NCBI RefSeq assembly: GCF_009914755.1
Contig: NC_060926.1
Length of the DNA: 64,000 nt
Origin: the human T2T-CHM13v2.0 reference genome, Homo sapiens
Strand: one strand, 5' to 3'
Shown: one piece after another, positions 21,811 through 38,903 of the stretch
Layout: the number at the start of each line of letters is the position of its first letter
Position numbering within the stretch: position 1 is the stretch's first letter
Program-made: the position numbers and the translations under genes
The notes under the pieces: generated by a model
What the model was told of the DNA's origin: nothing
The model's input: the letters and a program-made list of their open reading frames with translations, nothing else
Databases searched by the model: none

Positions 21811-23745
21811 TCACCTTTATGAATATGCTAACGACAGCGACGATTCCAAAAACAAACCAGGGAGATGAAATATTTGGGGCTTTTCCAAGATAAATGCTGT
21901 AGTCTCTCTTTAATTGTTACCAGTCTTTGTGCCATGTAGAGGTTTTTGTTGTTGCCGTTGCTGTTGGTATTTTTTCCTCTGCTAAATTTAGATCATGAAA
22001 CCTGCCTTTCTATGCACAAATCAAGCAAGGAGACAGAGAATGATTTTGCTGTATGAGAGCAAAATGGACTTCAATAGGAATGGATAAAGAAATTGGGAAG
22101 GTGACTATGGAAACTGAACCAGAGATGCTCAAAATCAGCCGCGACACTTTGCATCAGGGACCCAGTATGAGAAGACAGTGACACAGAGATGTGGGCAAGA
22201 GCAGGGATTCAGTTATGTGGATGACAGACCTGACTCAGAATGCTATGGAGCAAGAGAAGCCGGGAGCAAATGACAGAGAGTGGGTGAGGACCCCGGGAGT
22301 CTCACATCAGACAAGCTTCCATTAGATGGAAGGGCTCACCCATGGTCAATGTAGCATGCCCAGGAGAAATGCATATTTTGGACTTTACCTTTAAAAGCAA
22401 TAACTCAAAGCCCTCTGAACCTGACAGCTCATCGGAGGCTTTTGTCTAGAAAATGTCTCCACAGCAGGTGTATCATGACTTATCTCGCCATGGAGATCCA
22501 GCTCAGAGAATGTAATAGCGACATGTGGCACAGTGGAGCTGGCGGTTCCTGCTTTGGAGGCAGTCAACATCAATGTGCTCACCAAAACCACTGTGCTTAC
22601 TAAGCCACCAAGACAGAAGGGGGCACAGGTTCATGGGCAAGCTGGACTTGGTGTACAAACAGGAAGGGGCTCATTTCTTCCTCCAGATTCCCCACTTCAC
22701 CCTGCTCTGTAGGTTGGCACCACCTGCATGGGTCTTGTATGAAACCTCAGGCAGGCCACATGCAAAGCTTTGCTGGCTACTTGGAAGTTATAAGCAAATG
22801 GTCTCTTTCGCTGGGTATTAAAGAGAGCAGCCCAAAGCGATTTCCTGACTGTCTGCTTCTCCCTCTCCAGGTGCAGACCCTGCCACAGCCAAAGCCCCTA
22901 CCTCTTGCTCCATATTCTCCCCACCCCCCAGCTGCTGTTTGGGCTCTCAGAGTGGGGCCCTGTGGGGGTCCTTAGACATGCCTCCCGGGAGGTCTCTGAC
23001 CACAATTCCTTGGCATGTGCAAAGCTCTTAAGCCTCGACTCCAGCAGGAAGTGCTCTTGGGCAGACTCCTTTTCAAATCAGTTCACAGCTGGCTCTCTTC
23101 CTGGAGACCCACACTTAGCTCTGAGAAATCATGCCTCTCTGCCTTGCCTTCGGTGTAAATGCTTCCCCAATCCCTGCTCAGCCTTGGCCCTCCTCCCCTT
23201 GCAGGCTGCTTCAGCCAGTTCAGCGCTAGATGTTTCCGGGTGTGAACAAGGTGCCTGTTCCCCAGATTCCAGAGATTTCCAAGTAGATCCATTGAAGCCC
23301 TCCTCATTTAACTTAAGGGAAAAGGCTCCCATGGGGAAGGGTAGGAAACTCACAGCACCCTGACAACTCCCCCAAACAAAACCCAGTAGCCAGCCCCGTC
23401 ACTCCCCCTTTCATCTAGTGTTAAAATGCAGAAATATTTGTGTTAAAACATTTTTATGTACCAATTGGCAGAGAGCCACTGTCCTGAGACTCCTTCTCTC
23501 TTTACTACCAGGGCCCTTCCTTGGCCCCTTGGACTCTTGCTCTGGCTTTGGGTCCGGGTTGTCAGTTACTTTTACTCTCACTTCTGTTGATACCCTCCAG
23601 TGAGGGTGGGGGGGGAGGCGGGTGAGGAGCTAAGGTGGCTTCACTGTTTCTGTTGTGTCCCAGGTAGATGGTCAGATATTTACAGTGTTGTTCTTGGCTC
23701 TTGGGGCTTAAGCCACATCAGAGACAGCAGGAAACAATTGTCCAT

Positions 23746-24422
<677 letters not shown>

Positions 24423-24455
24423 CCCATAATATCTAATTACATGCAAATAAAATAG

Positions 24456-24486
<31 letters not shown>

Positions 24487-24844
24487 ATCAAGGATCAATG
24501 AGCAAAGCAACCTCAGGAAGGAAGTGTTGCCTCCCCACCTTGTCCTAGGATTCTGCTCTGTTGCCTGGTTCACAATTCCCCAGTGCAGATACAGGGGATA
24601 CAGTTTCCCTGTAGCCATCCAGGGATTTGTAGAGATTGTGAAGCTTCTAGGAATTTAGCTTAAAGAAATAATGAGGGCTGGGCATTAGGTTTTGCCACAG
24701 TGATATTTATCATAGTGTGGCTTACAAAACAGCAAAAATTTGAAACTGTCTTGGGTCAGAGATTGCTGTTGCCTTCCCTGTATCCACTGTCCCCTTCTTC
24801 CTCACTGATGGAACCCATTTGCTGAGGGCAGAAACAGACCTGGC

Positions 24845-25455
<611 letters not shown>

Positions 25456-26036
25456 CAGACCTGCTTTTAAATGACACACCCACTTCCCAGCCTCCCTTGC
25501 TGGTGGAGGTGGCCATGTGACCCAGTTTTGGCTAATAAGATATCAGCAGCAATGGTTGGGTGGGCTTCAGGGAATCTCCTTAAGATCAGGGCAGACCTGG
25601 CTGGTGCCACGCCCTTCCCTGGCTGGCTTTTCTCTTTCCCTCCACCTGAACTGTGGCTGTGATGGCTGGAGCTTTGGCAGTCACCTTGACAGATGACAGA
25701 GTAGAAAGCTAGAAGGAGCCTGGGTCCATGCAGGCGTGAAGGAGCCGCGGTCACGACCCTCTAGACTTCTTTCACACAACGGCCAAATAGATCTCTGCCA
25801 TGTTAAGCTGTGCTATGTTTTAAAATAAGCAGCTGAATTCGGTACTGACTGATACAATACCCAAAACCCAACAATAGGAGCATAATTAATAAATCACAAT
25901 CCAGTCATACTGGAGAATATTTTATAGTAAGATGTCATTTTATGAAAAGGAAGGATGCATAAACATATAGAAAAAAAAGACTTGAAGCACATTTGCAACA
26001 TAATAAAACCTCTCTGGGTGGTGGTAGTACAGTGAT

Positions 26037-26730
<694 letters not shown>

Positions 26731-26948
26731 CACTGCCCACAAATATTTTTTTAAAAAATTACTGTACAAAACAAAAGTTTTTTTTAAATTATGGAGTTTT
26801 TATTTATTTTTTTTTTTAGCACGGGCAACCGAAAGTTATTATTACTTTTTTTAACATGACACCCTCGTAACCCTGTCAAGTCTTTGCAGCAATGACCTCT
26901 GATGCATCTTTCCCAGACCAGCATTCCTCATGATCTGCCATCTCTTAC

Positions 26949-27063
26949 CTCATTTCCTGGGCTCCTGGGTCTGTCTGCATTGCTGTTCTGCAAGGAGGCG
27001 TTCTGCTCCAGGGGATATTCAAGGTCAGGGGCTCATTTACAGATTTTCCATTGTCCTGTGAAT
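26949..27063 (-). CDS. NGEF: NGEF second coding exon (exon 3, 115 nt): [38 protein letters not shown](S)
   Basis: Acceptor ttctaacttgctccatttctgaattgtcacag|AT, donor GAG|gtaaga. Joins the previous exon in phase (G|AT = Asp90) and continues the remembered ephexin-1 sequence. Not in the ORF track. Confidence 0.95.
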
Positions 27064-27281
27064 CTGTGACAATTCAGAAATGGAGCAAGTTAGAAGATAC
27101 AGATCAACCCTTCTCAGGCAATTCTCTGTAAGCCTAGGACAGTAGCAGCAGTCATGCTGGAAGGTGGAGGAAGCCGAGTGGGAAGGGGTGTCCCTCCCCT
27201 CACTCCCTGAAGGGGAGTTTGTCACACCTCATGCTGTGTCAGATGGCCTGGGATGCCATCCCTATGAAAATTATAATTATG

Positions 27282-27570
<289 letters not shown>

Positions 27571-28141
27571 TCATATACATTTACATATACATAAACATAC
27601 ATACGTAGTCAGTGGAAAAAAAGATATTGGAAATAAGAATACAAACCTGGCTAATATTTACAGGGCAATAAAACCATAATGATTGGTGTTATTTCTACTG
27701 GTCAAAAATCACTGGCAACTTGCCAATTTTTTTAGCATCTAACAATTCCCAAGTCCTAATCAATATGAAATAATAAGTCCAGTTAGCCTCCCCCAGAAAG
27801 TCTGCTCACCCCGGGGGTGGGATTTTTAGGCAATGATCTGCTGTGATTTTGAAGGGGTACTCATTTTGCAGATGAAACAGAGAATGTCCCACACCTTCCA
27901 GACCCAAATCACACATCGTGACTCCAGATCATGAGCTTCTTTGGTGGCTGTGGAGTGACCCAGTAGCCCATTTTGTCTGCTCCTTCTCTTCCCCAGCCCC
28001 CACCCCGTGCTCTTTCTCACCATGTAGGTCAAGCACGACATTTTCTCCTTGGATTCTTGGATCAGGAAGTACTGAGCAGTCAAAAGAATTCGCTCCAAGG
28101 AGGTGACATGAAGGAGTCACTGTAAAAATAAAACTGTAAGG

Positions 28142-28440
28142 CTAGGCGCGGTGGCTCACGCCTGTAATCCCAGCACTTTGGGAGGCTGAGGTGGGCGGAT
28201 CACTTGAGGTCAGGAGTTCGAAACCAGCCTGGCCAACATGGTGAAACCCTGTCTCTACTAAAAATACAAAAATTAGCTGGGCATGGTGGCAGACACCTGT
28301 GGTCCCGGTTACTTGGGAGGCTGAGGCAGGAGAATCGCTTGAACCCAGGAAGTGGAGGCTGCAGTGAGCTGAGTGAGCTTGCACCACTGCACTCCAGCCT
28401 GGGTGACAGAGCGAGACTCCATCTCAAACAAACAAACAAC
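28142..28440 (+). mobile_element. AluS
   Basis: Full dimer, (CAAA)n tail. Confidence 0.9.
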
Positions 28441-28708
28441 CCCTGCAAATCTGATGAAAACATTTATGGCTGGACATAAAGGCCACCTTTGGGGATGGCA
28501 CTGTTCTGTCTATCTGGTGTCAGCATCCTTGGCTCAGCTTGGGGAGGTCACAAACTCGAGGCTCTTTCCCCAGCGGCCCTCTTGCCCTCCCCAGCTTCAT
28601 CCCAGACACAGCCCTACACCTTCCTTTTCTTGCAACCCTGAAAGACTTCCCCGACCCCCAACCTTGGCAGCTGCAGCTGCTTTTCTGTCTGCTTACAGTG
28701 CCCTACCC

Positions 28709-29219
28709 CTGCCCTGTCCAACAGGGTGGCCGCTAGCCACGTGTGACTATTGTGCACTTGAAATGTGGCTGAGGAGGGGAATTTCTCATTTTATTTAATG
28801 TAATTTACATTTAAAAGTACAAACTCATATTGATTCAGTTGTTGGGAAACTTTTAAGGGTATTTGGATCAATTTGGGTATGTAAATCCACTTTTCTGACT
28901 GTACATTTTATGCAATCTAATTCCAGATCAAGTATTTCCAATGAAAATTTGGCATGCGAATTGAGAGGGGCTGCAAATATAAAATACTCAACAGATTTCA
29001 AAGACTTCATGCAACAAAAAGGAATGTAAACTATTTCATCGATATTTTTTATGTTGATTATTAACTACAGGATAAAATGGTAGCTTTTGCATCTGCTGGG
29101 TTAATAAAATGCATTGTTAAAATTAATTTCACCCATTTATTTGTACTTTTTAAATGTGGCCACTGGAAAATTTAAAATGATGTATGTGGCTTGCAGCATA
29201 TTTCTGTTGGATGGCGCTA
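28709..29219 (-). mobile_element. hAT-Charlie non-autonomous DNA transposon (MER33/Charlie1b-like)
   Basis: Terminal inverted repeats ctgccctgtccaa / ttggatggcgcta; MER33-like agccacgtgtgactattgtgcacttgaaatgtggct and taaatgtggccactggaaaatttaaaat. Confidence 0.8.
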
Positions 29220-29481
29220 CTGTAACCCCCTTCTCCATCTACACAGGCTTTGGAGCCAGAAGGATCTGAACTCTAGCTCAGTCTGTACCACACAATAGCT
29301 GTGTGATTCTGGGTAAGTGGCTCAATCTCTGTGGGCCTCAGTTGTTTATTTTTTGATCTGTAAAATGGGTATGGTAAGAATACCCTTGAAATGCCTGCCT
29401 AGCAAACTAGCACAGCCACCGGGTACCTGCATGAAATCAACCAAGCCTGCTCCCACTTTCTCCCCAGCCATGTCCTTATCC

Positions 29482-29774
29482 TTTTTTTTTTTGAGATGGA
29501 GTCTTACTCTTTTGCCCAGGCTGGAGTGCAGTGGCATGGTTTTGGTTCACTGCAACCTCTGCCTCCTGGGTTCAAGCGATTTTCCTGCCTCAGCTTCCTG
29601 GGTAGCTGGCATTACAAGCATGCACCACCATGCCCGGCTAATTTTTGTATTTTTAGTAGAGATGGAGTTTCACCATGTTGGCCAGGCTGGTCTCGAACCC
29701 CTGACCTCAGATGATCTACCCACCTCGGCCTCCCAAAGTGCTGGGATTATAGGCGTGAGCCACAGCACCCGGCC
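29482..29774 (-). mobile_element. AluS
   Basis: Reverse dimer; TSD gtccttaYcc. Confidence 0.9.
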
Positions 29775-30100
29775 GTCCTTACCCATTTGTCAAGACTCAT
29801 CTGAAATATCATCTTCTTTGGGAAGCCCTTTCCTAACCCCAGCAGAAGGGTCTAATGCTTTGCCTTTATCTCTCCTGTAAACTTTCACACATGGCTTGCA
29901 TTAAAATGACATCATTACAATATTGTGGGTTCCTCAAAGGCAGAGACCCCAGCTTCCTCGTGTGTGAGAATGTGCTTTTAACTTTTAGTATACGGGAAAT
30001 TTCAAACATATGGAAAAGTTGAGCTTCCACGACGATAGTATTTCAATCATTGTATTTTTCTTGCTTAACTCAGTGCTTGATACATGATTTTGTTAGTGTT

Positions 30101-30579
30101 TGTGGTGGATGGCAACAGCCACAGATTCTACCACCGTGGAGTGGTGAAGTCAATTTCCCCAACCCCTTTGGTCTGGGCTGGCCCTGTGGGCTGGTTTGAC
30201 TGACAGAACATGGTGCAAGGGACTATGCAAGGTCTGAGTCTCCGTCTAGGCCTCAAGATGCCAGGCAGCTTCTGCTCTTGCTCTCTCAGAACCCGACTGC
30301 CATGTGCATAAGCCTGGGCCAGCCTGCTGGGGGATGAGAGACCACGTGGAGCAGAGGCAGGCAGTCCCAGTTCACAGACCACCAGAGAGATGAGTGAGGC
30401 TGTCCTCCACCTTCCAAACCCAGAAGAGCCACCAGCTGACTGCAGAGGTTAGGTGAACTGGCCCAGACACAGCAACCACTAAACCAACCCCCAGAATCAT
30501 GAGAAATAATAAATATTGTTGTTTTAAGTCTCTATATTTTGAGGGGAGTTTAACGTGTGGCAAACAGCTACCCAATACA
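30101..30579 (+). mobile_element. MLT1 (F/G/H-like) solo LTR in the intron between the two exons
   Basis: ctaggcctcaagatgccaggcagcttctgc, cagaatcatgagaaataataaatattgttgttttaag, ends aataca. Confidence 0.75.
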
Positions 30580-31340
30580 GGGTTTAATGAATGTTTTTGA
30601 ATGCACTGATGAAGTCTCTGGATTTAGCAGGGGTTGCCACTCTGGCACACTCAGGGTAGCATATATAGTCTGGTGGCAGCTGCTGTGCCTCCCGGGCTGG
30701 GAAACTGTCACACATTCTTCACTCCCAGCAGGCTGCCTGTCAACCACAGGAGCACGTCACAAGGAAAAGAGTCTGTAGCACCAACACCCCATTTGTAAAG
30801 TTTTCTGAATTTTATTCTGCTCAATACATATATTTTGAGCAGATAAAATGTGCTAGGCACTGGTCTAAAAGATTAAGAAGTCTTGCTGCAAATCTATTCC
30901 CAAGGTTTTAATCTCATTTATTTTCAGAGCAGCAGAAGCTTTGGCTATGGCAGTCACAGTGAGAGAACAGGACAGAACCTCATCACCGAGACAATTCATG
31001 TTCTCAGATGACCCGTAATGTGGATGGCTCTAAGTCTCCCTCCTAGAATGCATGTACAGCGAGGGGTGTTTTGCTGAGTTCTAGAACAAGAAATCTCTTT
31101 TCAGTAGAAGCCAGTCTAATTGTCTAATTTGGGTCAACCCTTTCTCCTAAGTACACACGTCATCATAGTGGAGGAATTTGGATTCTTTAGATAATGGTTT
31201 TAAAATGCACTACCCTGTTGAAACTGTCCTTGGTACTTTTCAATGCCACTTATCCTTTCTCATTTAATGAGGACCTTTCAGCACTGATGACTCCAGTTGG
31301 ATGTAAGGGAACAGCCGTGACAGCTGTCCCTGATACTGAC

Positions 31341-31608
31341 CTGCCAGGCAGCTGGCGTTCCGTTCGGGGTTGTCTCTGGCCTTGGCTTTGCTTTTGCGTC
31401 TTATGGAGCGATTGAAGATGGAATTTCTCTTAATTGGGATGTGGCAATGAGGCTCTTTGTCTTGGATATCCTGGTCAGCTTGAGAAGTCTCCTCTTTTTC
31501 TGGGAGTAACTCAGGTTTCACCTTGGCTGGTTCATTATCAGTGTTCCATTGATCACTTGCTGATTTCCTCCGGGTCTTTTCCAAATCTTCAGATTCCCTG
31601 GTCTCCAT
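31341..31608 (-). CDS. NGEF: NGEF (ephexin-1) long isoform, first coding exon, aa 1-89 plus first base of codon 90
   Basis: Translation [35 protein letters not shown]...[12 protein letters not shown] matches the human ephexin-1 N-terminus as I recall it. ATG at 31608 in TCCATGG; donor GCAG|gtcagt at 31341/31340; 268 nt, ends in phase 1. Confidence 0.96.
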
Positions 31609-31682
31609 GGAAATAGAGCCAGATGTTTCTCAGCAGAACGACTGGAGGTCAATGACTTTCCCAAGCTTCACTGGTTTGAGTG
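31609..31682 (-). other. NGEF: 5'UTR part of NGEF exon 2 (74 nt)
   Basis: Acceptor ttttctatctattctaaag|CAC at 31683/31682; branch-point-like GACTAAC at 31711-31717; no upstream ATG; in-frame TGA 8 codons before the ATG. Confidence 0.85.
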
Positions 31683-32620
31683 CTTTAGAATAGATAGAAA
31701 ACAATTTTCAGTTAGTCCTCAGGCTAAGTATTCTATTCAGACTGTGGAACTCCACTCCCATTCGAATTTGATGAAACGTGGGATAATCTGCACATCCTGG
31801 TATCCACGTCTTCGCCACTGAAAATTACAGCTTAATCTCTGCAATTTGGAGGCATTCACGTATCATTTTATAATTGCCGTTTGTTTACATTATTCCTAAG
31901 AGGCACTTTTAGGGGGAAATGTTTAAAGTGGCTTGCAAAACTACATTCAAATAAATACTTCTTAAATAATTCCAGAGAAAAAGGGTGGCAGAAATAGTGA
32001 GGGAATTCCAGGAAAGCATTGAGAGGGACCGTAAATGTCTAGACAGGAAAAGAAAGTCTCAGAAGATGAGGAAGGGTTGTGGGCTGGTGCAAGGTCTCAC
32101 AATGGTAAGTTTAGACATGGGCAAGGTTGATCCCCAAGGCGACAAACCTTGCCATCAGCTGGCAACCAAGTCTAGTGGGTGCATTAGTGGCCTTTCTGAT
32201 GGAATGATGTATGGCCGTGGTGGAAGAATAAGGTCCCCCCATCCCATGGCCACCCCACCATGGGCTGGAGAAACAGAATGGTTACCTCCCTCTGGGGTGA
32301 CCATATAGCATATCATCTGAACGAGGACACTTTTCATAGGAAAAGGGGGATACAACAGGAACAAACCCCACCTCCCTCCCCACAAAGACCTCCTAGGGTA
32401 GGGGTGCTCAGGGCGAGAGACTATGTGGACCCTCTTAGTGGGTCTAAGCTGGTGGGACAGCGTGTTAGACAGAGAGGCCGAGCTAGGAATTCTTCTCAGC
32501 TCTCCACTCATCTGAGGGCTTGAAACCTGGGGTCCCATGGATTCTATGGAGGTTTTCAGGGTACAAGGCTGTGTATGAGCATATACATTTTTCTGGCCTA
32601 TCGGTCCAGAGATTCCATCA

Positions 32621-33178
<558 letters not shown>

Positions 33179-34954
33179 TCAGGAGGTTGGGTTTCCCCTA
33201 CCCCAGGCCGAGAATGCCTTCGTTTACCTAAGATAGGAATTAGGACTTTCTGGGTAGGGGGATTTGAAGACTGAAGGCCACTCTGGTTCCTAGAACCAGC
33301 TACTTCCAACACAGGTTTGTATCAGAAGGTTTGCCCTAGGATGGCACCTCCTTCCCACCTGCTTGCAGGGCTGGTCCTGTTCTATTAACCACCTTCCCTG
33401 TAAATTGTCAGCCAGGCAGAAATGAGCATTAACGTACTCAGAGGTTGCCTCAGAGCAGCTGGGCCACGTGCAGGGGCACAACCTGAGCTCATGGGGACCT
33501 GGGGAGTGCCTTCCCCACCACGGTCGTCTGGGGGACCCAGCAATACCTGACCCTTCTGGTCCTGGCCTCAGTTTCCTGATCCATGAAGTTGGAGTGTGCA
33601 CTATGGGGTCGGTGAAGCCCCTTCCAACTAGAAAGCAACGCTGCTATTTCAGGTGGCCAGAGAGGATTGTGCGGTGGCTGGGAGGACACCCTTAGGATGG
33701 ACCATTAATACGCACCCTTCCCGGGAGTGCCTGGGAGGAAGATGCTTGTCTTATGTGTGGCAAAGAACCCACAGCTCCAGCGAGATGGGGTGATTTTCAT
33801 TCACAGCAAGTTTAACCTGGGTCACTGAGGGGATGAGGTTGCAATAAGAGCGAAACCGTTCTTGAGCCAGCAAGAGGACAGAGAGAGAGAGAGGCTTCCA
33901 ACCTGGCCAGATGAATGGGGACCCCTGCGCTTGCTCCACTTGGGAACCTGATCCACCAGAAAAGTGGCTGCAAGGACGGGCAGAGACTCGGGAGGGACGA
34001 GGTCACCATTGTCACCCATCTGACCTCTGGGAGCCTGGGGGCAGAATGAGACCCAGGGACAATGATGGCCTTGAGCTCAGTGTAAGGCGGAGACCATGAG
34101 TGTCCGAGCTCCCCAGAGCTGGGGGTGCTGCTTTGGGGGCTGACGTCCCTGTCACTGGAGCTGTCCAGATGGAGGCTGGAGGCGCTGTTGAGGTTTTCGA
34201 GTTCAGTGAGGCCTGCCTGCCGCTGGCATCGCCTTCTCTCTTCTTTCCCCGGCCCCTGTGCCTACCACCTCACCCAAACCCTTGCATTGAGGCTGCTTTC
34301 AGTGAAGAGCTGGACCTGTGGACAGTGATAGGCAGGGGTCCCGTGGGGTGGGAGTGGGGGTGGATGATGTAGGCATTCATTGTGTTTTGGTGCCAGTCTG
34401 TGGAGGCCTCTGACTGCTGGACCGAGGAGCTTACCCAGCAAACCCTGCTGGTGGCCAGAGGGCCTGGCAGGCCCCGAGCAGGAGGCACAGGCGGGGTGGT
34501 GGGGGACATAGAGCACGTCCCGAGGGGGATGGCACACAGGTGAGTACCTGGACAGGTCAGAGCTGCAGGGAGGAATGGGAGGAATTGCAGGTCAGTGACT
34601 TGTGGTGGTTTTGAGAGCAGCGGACAAGGGAGCTGGCCCCCTGTTTGTTGTGGGCCTGGGTGCCTGGCGGAATGCCACTCCTGGTCTGGGAAGCAGGAGT
34701 GAAGCCAGGTTGGGGTCAGAGCACACTGGTTTTGTGGTGTTGGGTTGAGGAATCTCCCAGGAGAAAAGTTTGTGGACAGAAATCCCTAACCGACACTGGA
34801 CTGAGTTGCTAACAGGCATCTTCCGGCTCTGACAAGGGGACCCCCGGGGCCTCTGTGTTGTGATCCTAACATGAACTTCTTTTTTTTTGACTTTCAAGGT
34901 TATTATTACTATCAGTATCGTCATTATTTTAGGCTGTATCTTAAAAACTTGAGG

Positions 34955-35350
<396 letters not shown>

Positions 35351-35467
35351 TCAACAGGGAAAAGTCCCCTTGTGCCTGCGGAGGTCAGTAACTGCCCCGC
35401 CCCCAGCCCCGGCAACCACCAATTAGAGTCTTGGTTTGCCCTTTTCTGTTGTGTAGGTGGAGCTGGC

Positions 35468-35651
35468 AGTCTGTCGCCCTTGCTGGAGAGCAGTGGTGCA
35501 GTAGAGGCTCATCCGTGGCTCACTGCAGCCTCGACCTCATGGGCTCAAGCCATCTTCCCACCTCAGCCCCTTGAATAGCTGGGAGCACAGGCGCCCGCCT
35601 AATACTTGTATTTTTTGTAGGGATGGGTTTTGCCATGCTGCCCAGGCTGGG
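35468..35651 (-). mobile_element. Degraded AluJ fragment
   Basis: ctcactgcagcctcgacctcatgggctcaagccatc (J-type). Confidence 0.75.
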
Positions 35652-36069
35652 TGTCTGGCTTCTGTAGCCTATTGTGCTGTGTTCGCTGCTCTGTCGACGT
35701 TGCCTGTGTCAGTGCTGATCACCAGCATTTACTGTGCGGTGCCAGGGATGCAACGACGCCCACACCATATACCACCAAGGGCACTGGGCCAGGAGTCAGG
35801 GGACCTGGGTTCGAATCTCCATTTCCAGCTGCCTGTAATCACAGGCTTAACATCAGGCAAGTCAGGGCCTCAGTTTCCTGTCCAGAAAACATGGGGTGGG
35901 TGGGTATTCTTGACTTCTAGCTCTCAAATTTGGTGATCCAGGGAGGCTCAGAGGGTCCTTAGAGGGATGTTCATGGTACATTAAGAGTCAGGGGGATTGT
36001 CCTCCCTGAAATGAGGAGGCTCTGAAACCCTGAGAAGAAGTATTCCCAGATCTTACCACCTTTGAGATG

Positions 36070-36074
<5 letters not shown>

Positions 36075-36110
<36 letters not shown>
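36075..36110. repeat. (AC)n microsatellite
   Basis: ~18 uninterrupted AC units. Confidence 0.95.
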
Positions 36111-36112
<2 letters not shown>

Positions 36113-37205
36113 AGAGATTGTAAAACTATCTGTAAAACTATTCTAATTCTGCTGCAATTATAGACTATTTTAAGCAAATGTGCTCTGCGTCTGGAATCTT
36201 TTTATAATTGCTTTGATTCGTCTATAACGATTAACTGCCAGAAAACCCAGAAGCTTCCCCCACCCCAATCTTCTGATGTTCCCTTAAGTTCCTCTGTGGC
36301 TTTAGACCCATGTCTTTCTATTCCATGGTAACTTCAGGGTGGGGGAGCCTGGGGATAGCTTTGTGATTGAGGGAGGGTGCAGCTCATGGTGCACTTGCAT
36401 TCATTCATTCATTCACACCCCCTGAGCACCTGCTGGCATGGGACTCACGTCTTCATTCTATGTCTGTCCACATTCCCTCCTTAATAAGCTTCCTCAGGAC
36501 AGGACTTGGTCTGTTTGGGTCTCTGTTGTTCCTGATGCCGGCCACACAACAACACTCTGTAAACATCTTTTTTTTTTTTTTACAGCAATAGATGAACGGA
36601 TGAGTTACCTTAGCCAAGCCTCGCAACTTCCGCATGAGTCAATGTGATAATTACTCCACTTTATAGATGAGGCAGCTGCCACTCTCAGAGCTGTGATAAT
36701 CTGGCCAAGGTCGCATGGCTGGCAAATGGTGCGGCAGGGGTCACACTACAGCTATCTGACTCATTTGTTGGGGGGACCTGTGATGTGGTCAAAAGATGCT
36801 GTTGTAACTGTGGGCTGAAGTCAGGCCTGGAAGGATCAGAGCCAGGAGGGGGCTCTATTTGGCTGTCTCTGTGTTAGTTGTGCAGCTTCAGGCCCAGGAG
36901 CTGAGGTGGCTGTTACACCTCCCAGCACTGGGCTGCATGAATCAGTGTGTGAATCAGTGTCCTGGGAGGTCAGGACACAAGGGGACAAGGAGGTGGGGAG
37001 TTGTGGGGAGCTGGCTGCAGGCTCAGCTGTAGCAATCACCAGCTACTGCAGGGGAGGAAGGCACAGGGCATGTGGGGAGGAGCAAGGTGGGTGTGGAGAG
37101 GTGAAGTTTCTAGACTGGATCTCATCCAAGTGCAGACATCATCCGGGGCTCTCGTTAAATCACAGATTCTGACTCAGGAGGTCCTGGGTGGGGGCTGAGA
37201 CTGCA

Positions 37206-37500
<295 letters not shown>

Positions 37501-37864
37501 ACAGCTCTCAGAGCATTCTCATTTGCTAGTCCCTAGAGCCCCCTCAGGCAAAGTCCTAGGGGAACACCGCCACCAGGGCATCCTCAGCAGGTGCATGAGG
37601 GAGAAGCTGCCTGGGCGAGAGCAGCGGCCCTTGCTTTGGCCAGGTCTAGGGCACATGGAGTGCCTGCGCAGGTCAGAGGCAAGCAGGAGTCCTGATCTGG
37701 AGAAGGACTGGCACCAGTAGGGAAGGGGCAGCTGGAGCCCTGCCATCTCTCGCTATCGTCTTCTGCCTCTCAACTAGGGGAATGGAGGGGTAAGGGTAGG
37801 AGAAGGTGGAAAACAAGAGAAAGGAGGATGTCTCCTCCCCAGGGCCGAGGGCCTCCCAAGCACC

Positions 37865-38903
<1,039 letters not shown>

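Noticed and set aside
31264-31340. C-terminal 25 aa of the 114-aa ORF ([10 protein letters not shown]...)
   Set aside because: Intron read-through past the GT donor at 31340; the protein continues in the exon at 26949-27063. AATAAA copies at 30917-30922 and 30811-30816 (minus strand) were noted but lack other support.
34537-34545. Perfect plus-strand donor CAG|GTGAGT suggesting an antisense exon
   Set aside because: A given 9-mer is expected about 0.5 times in 64 kb over both strands; no matching acceptor, promoter or ORF found.
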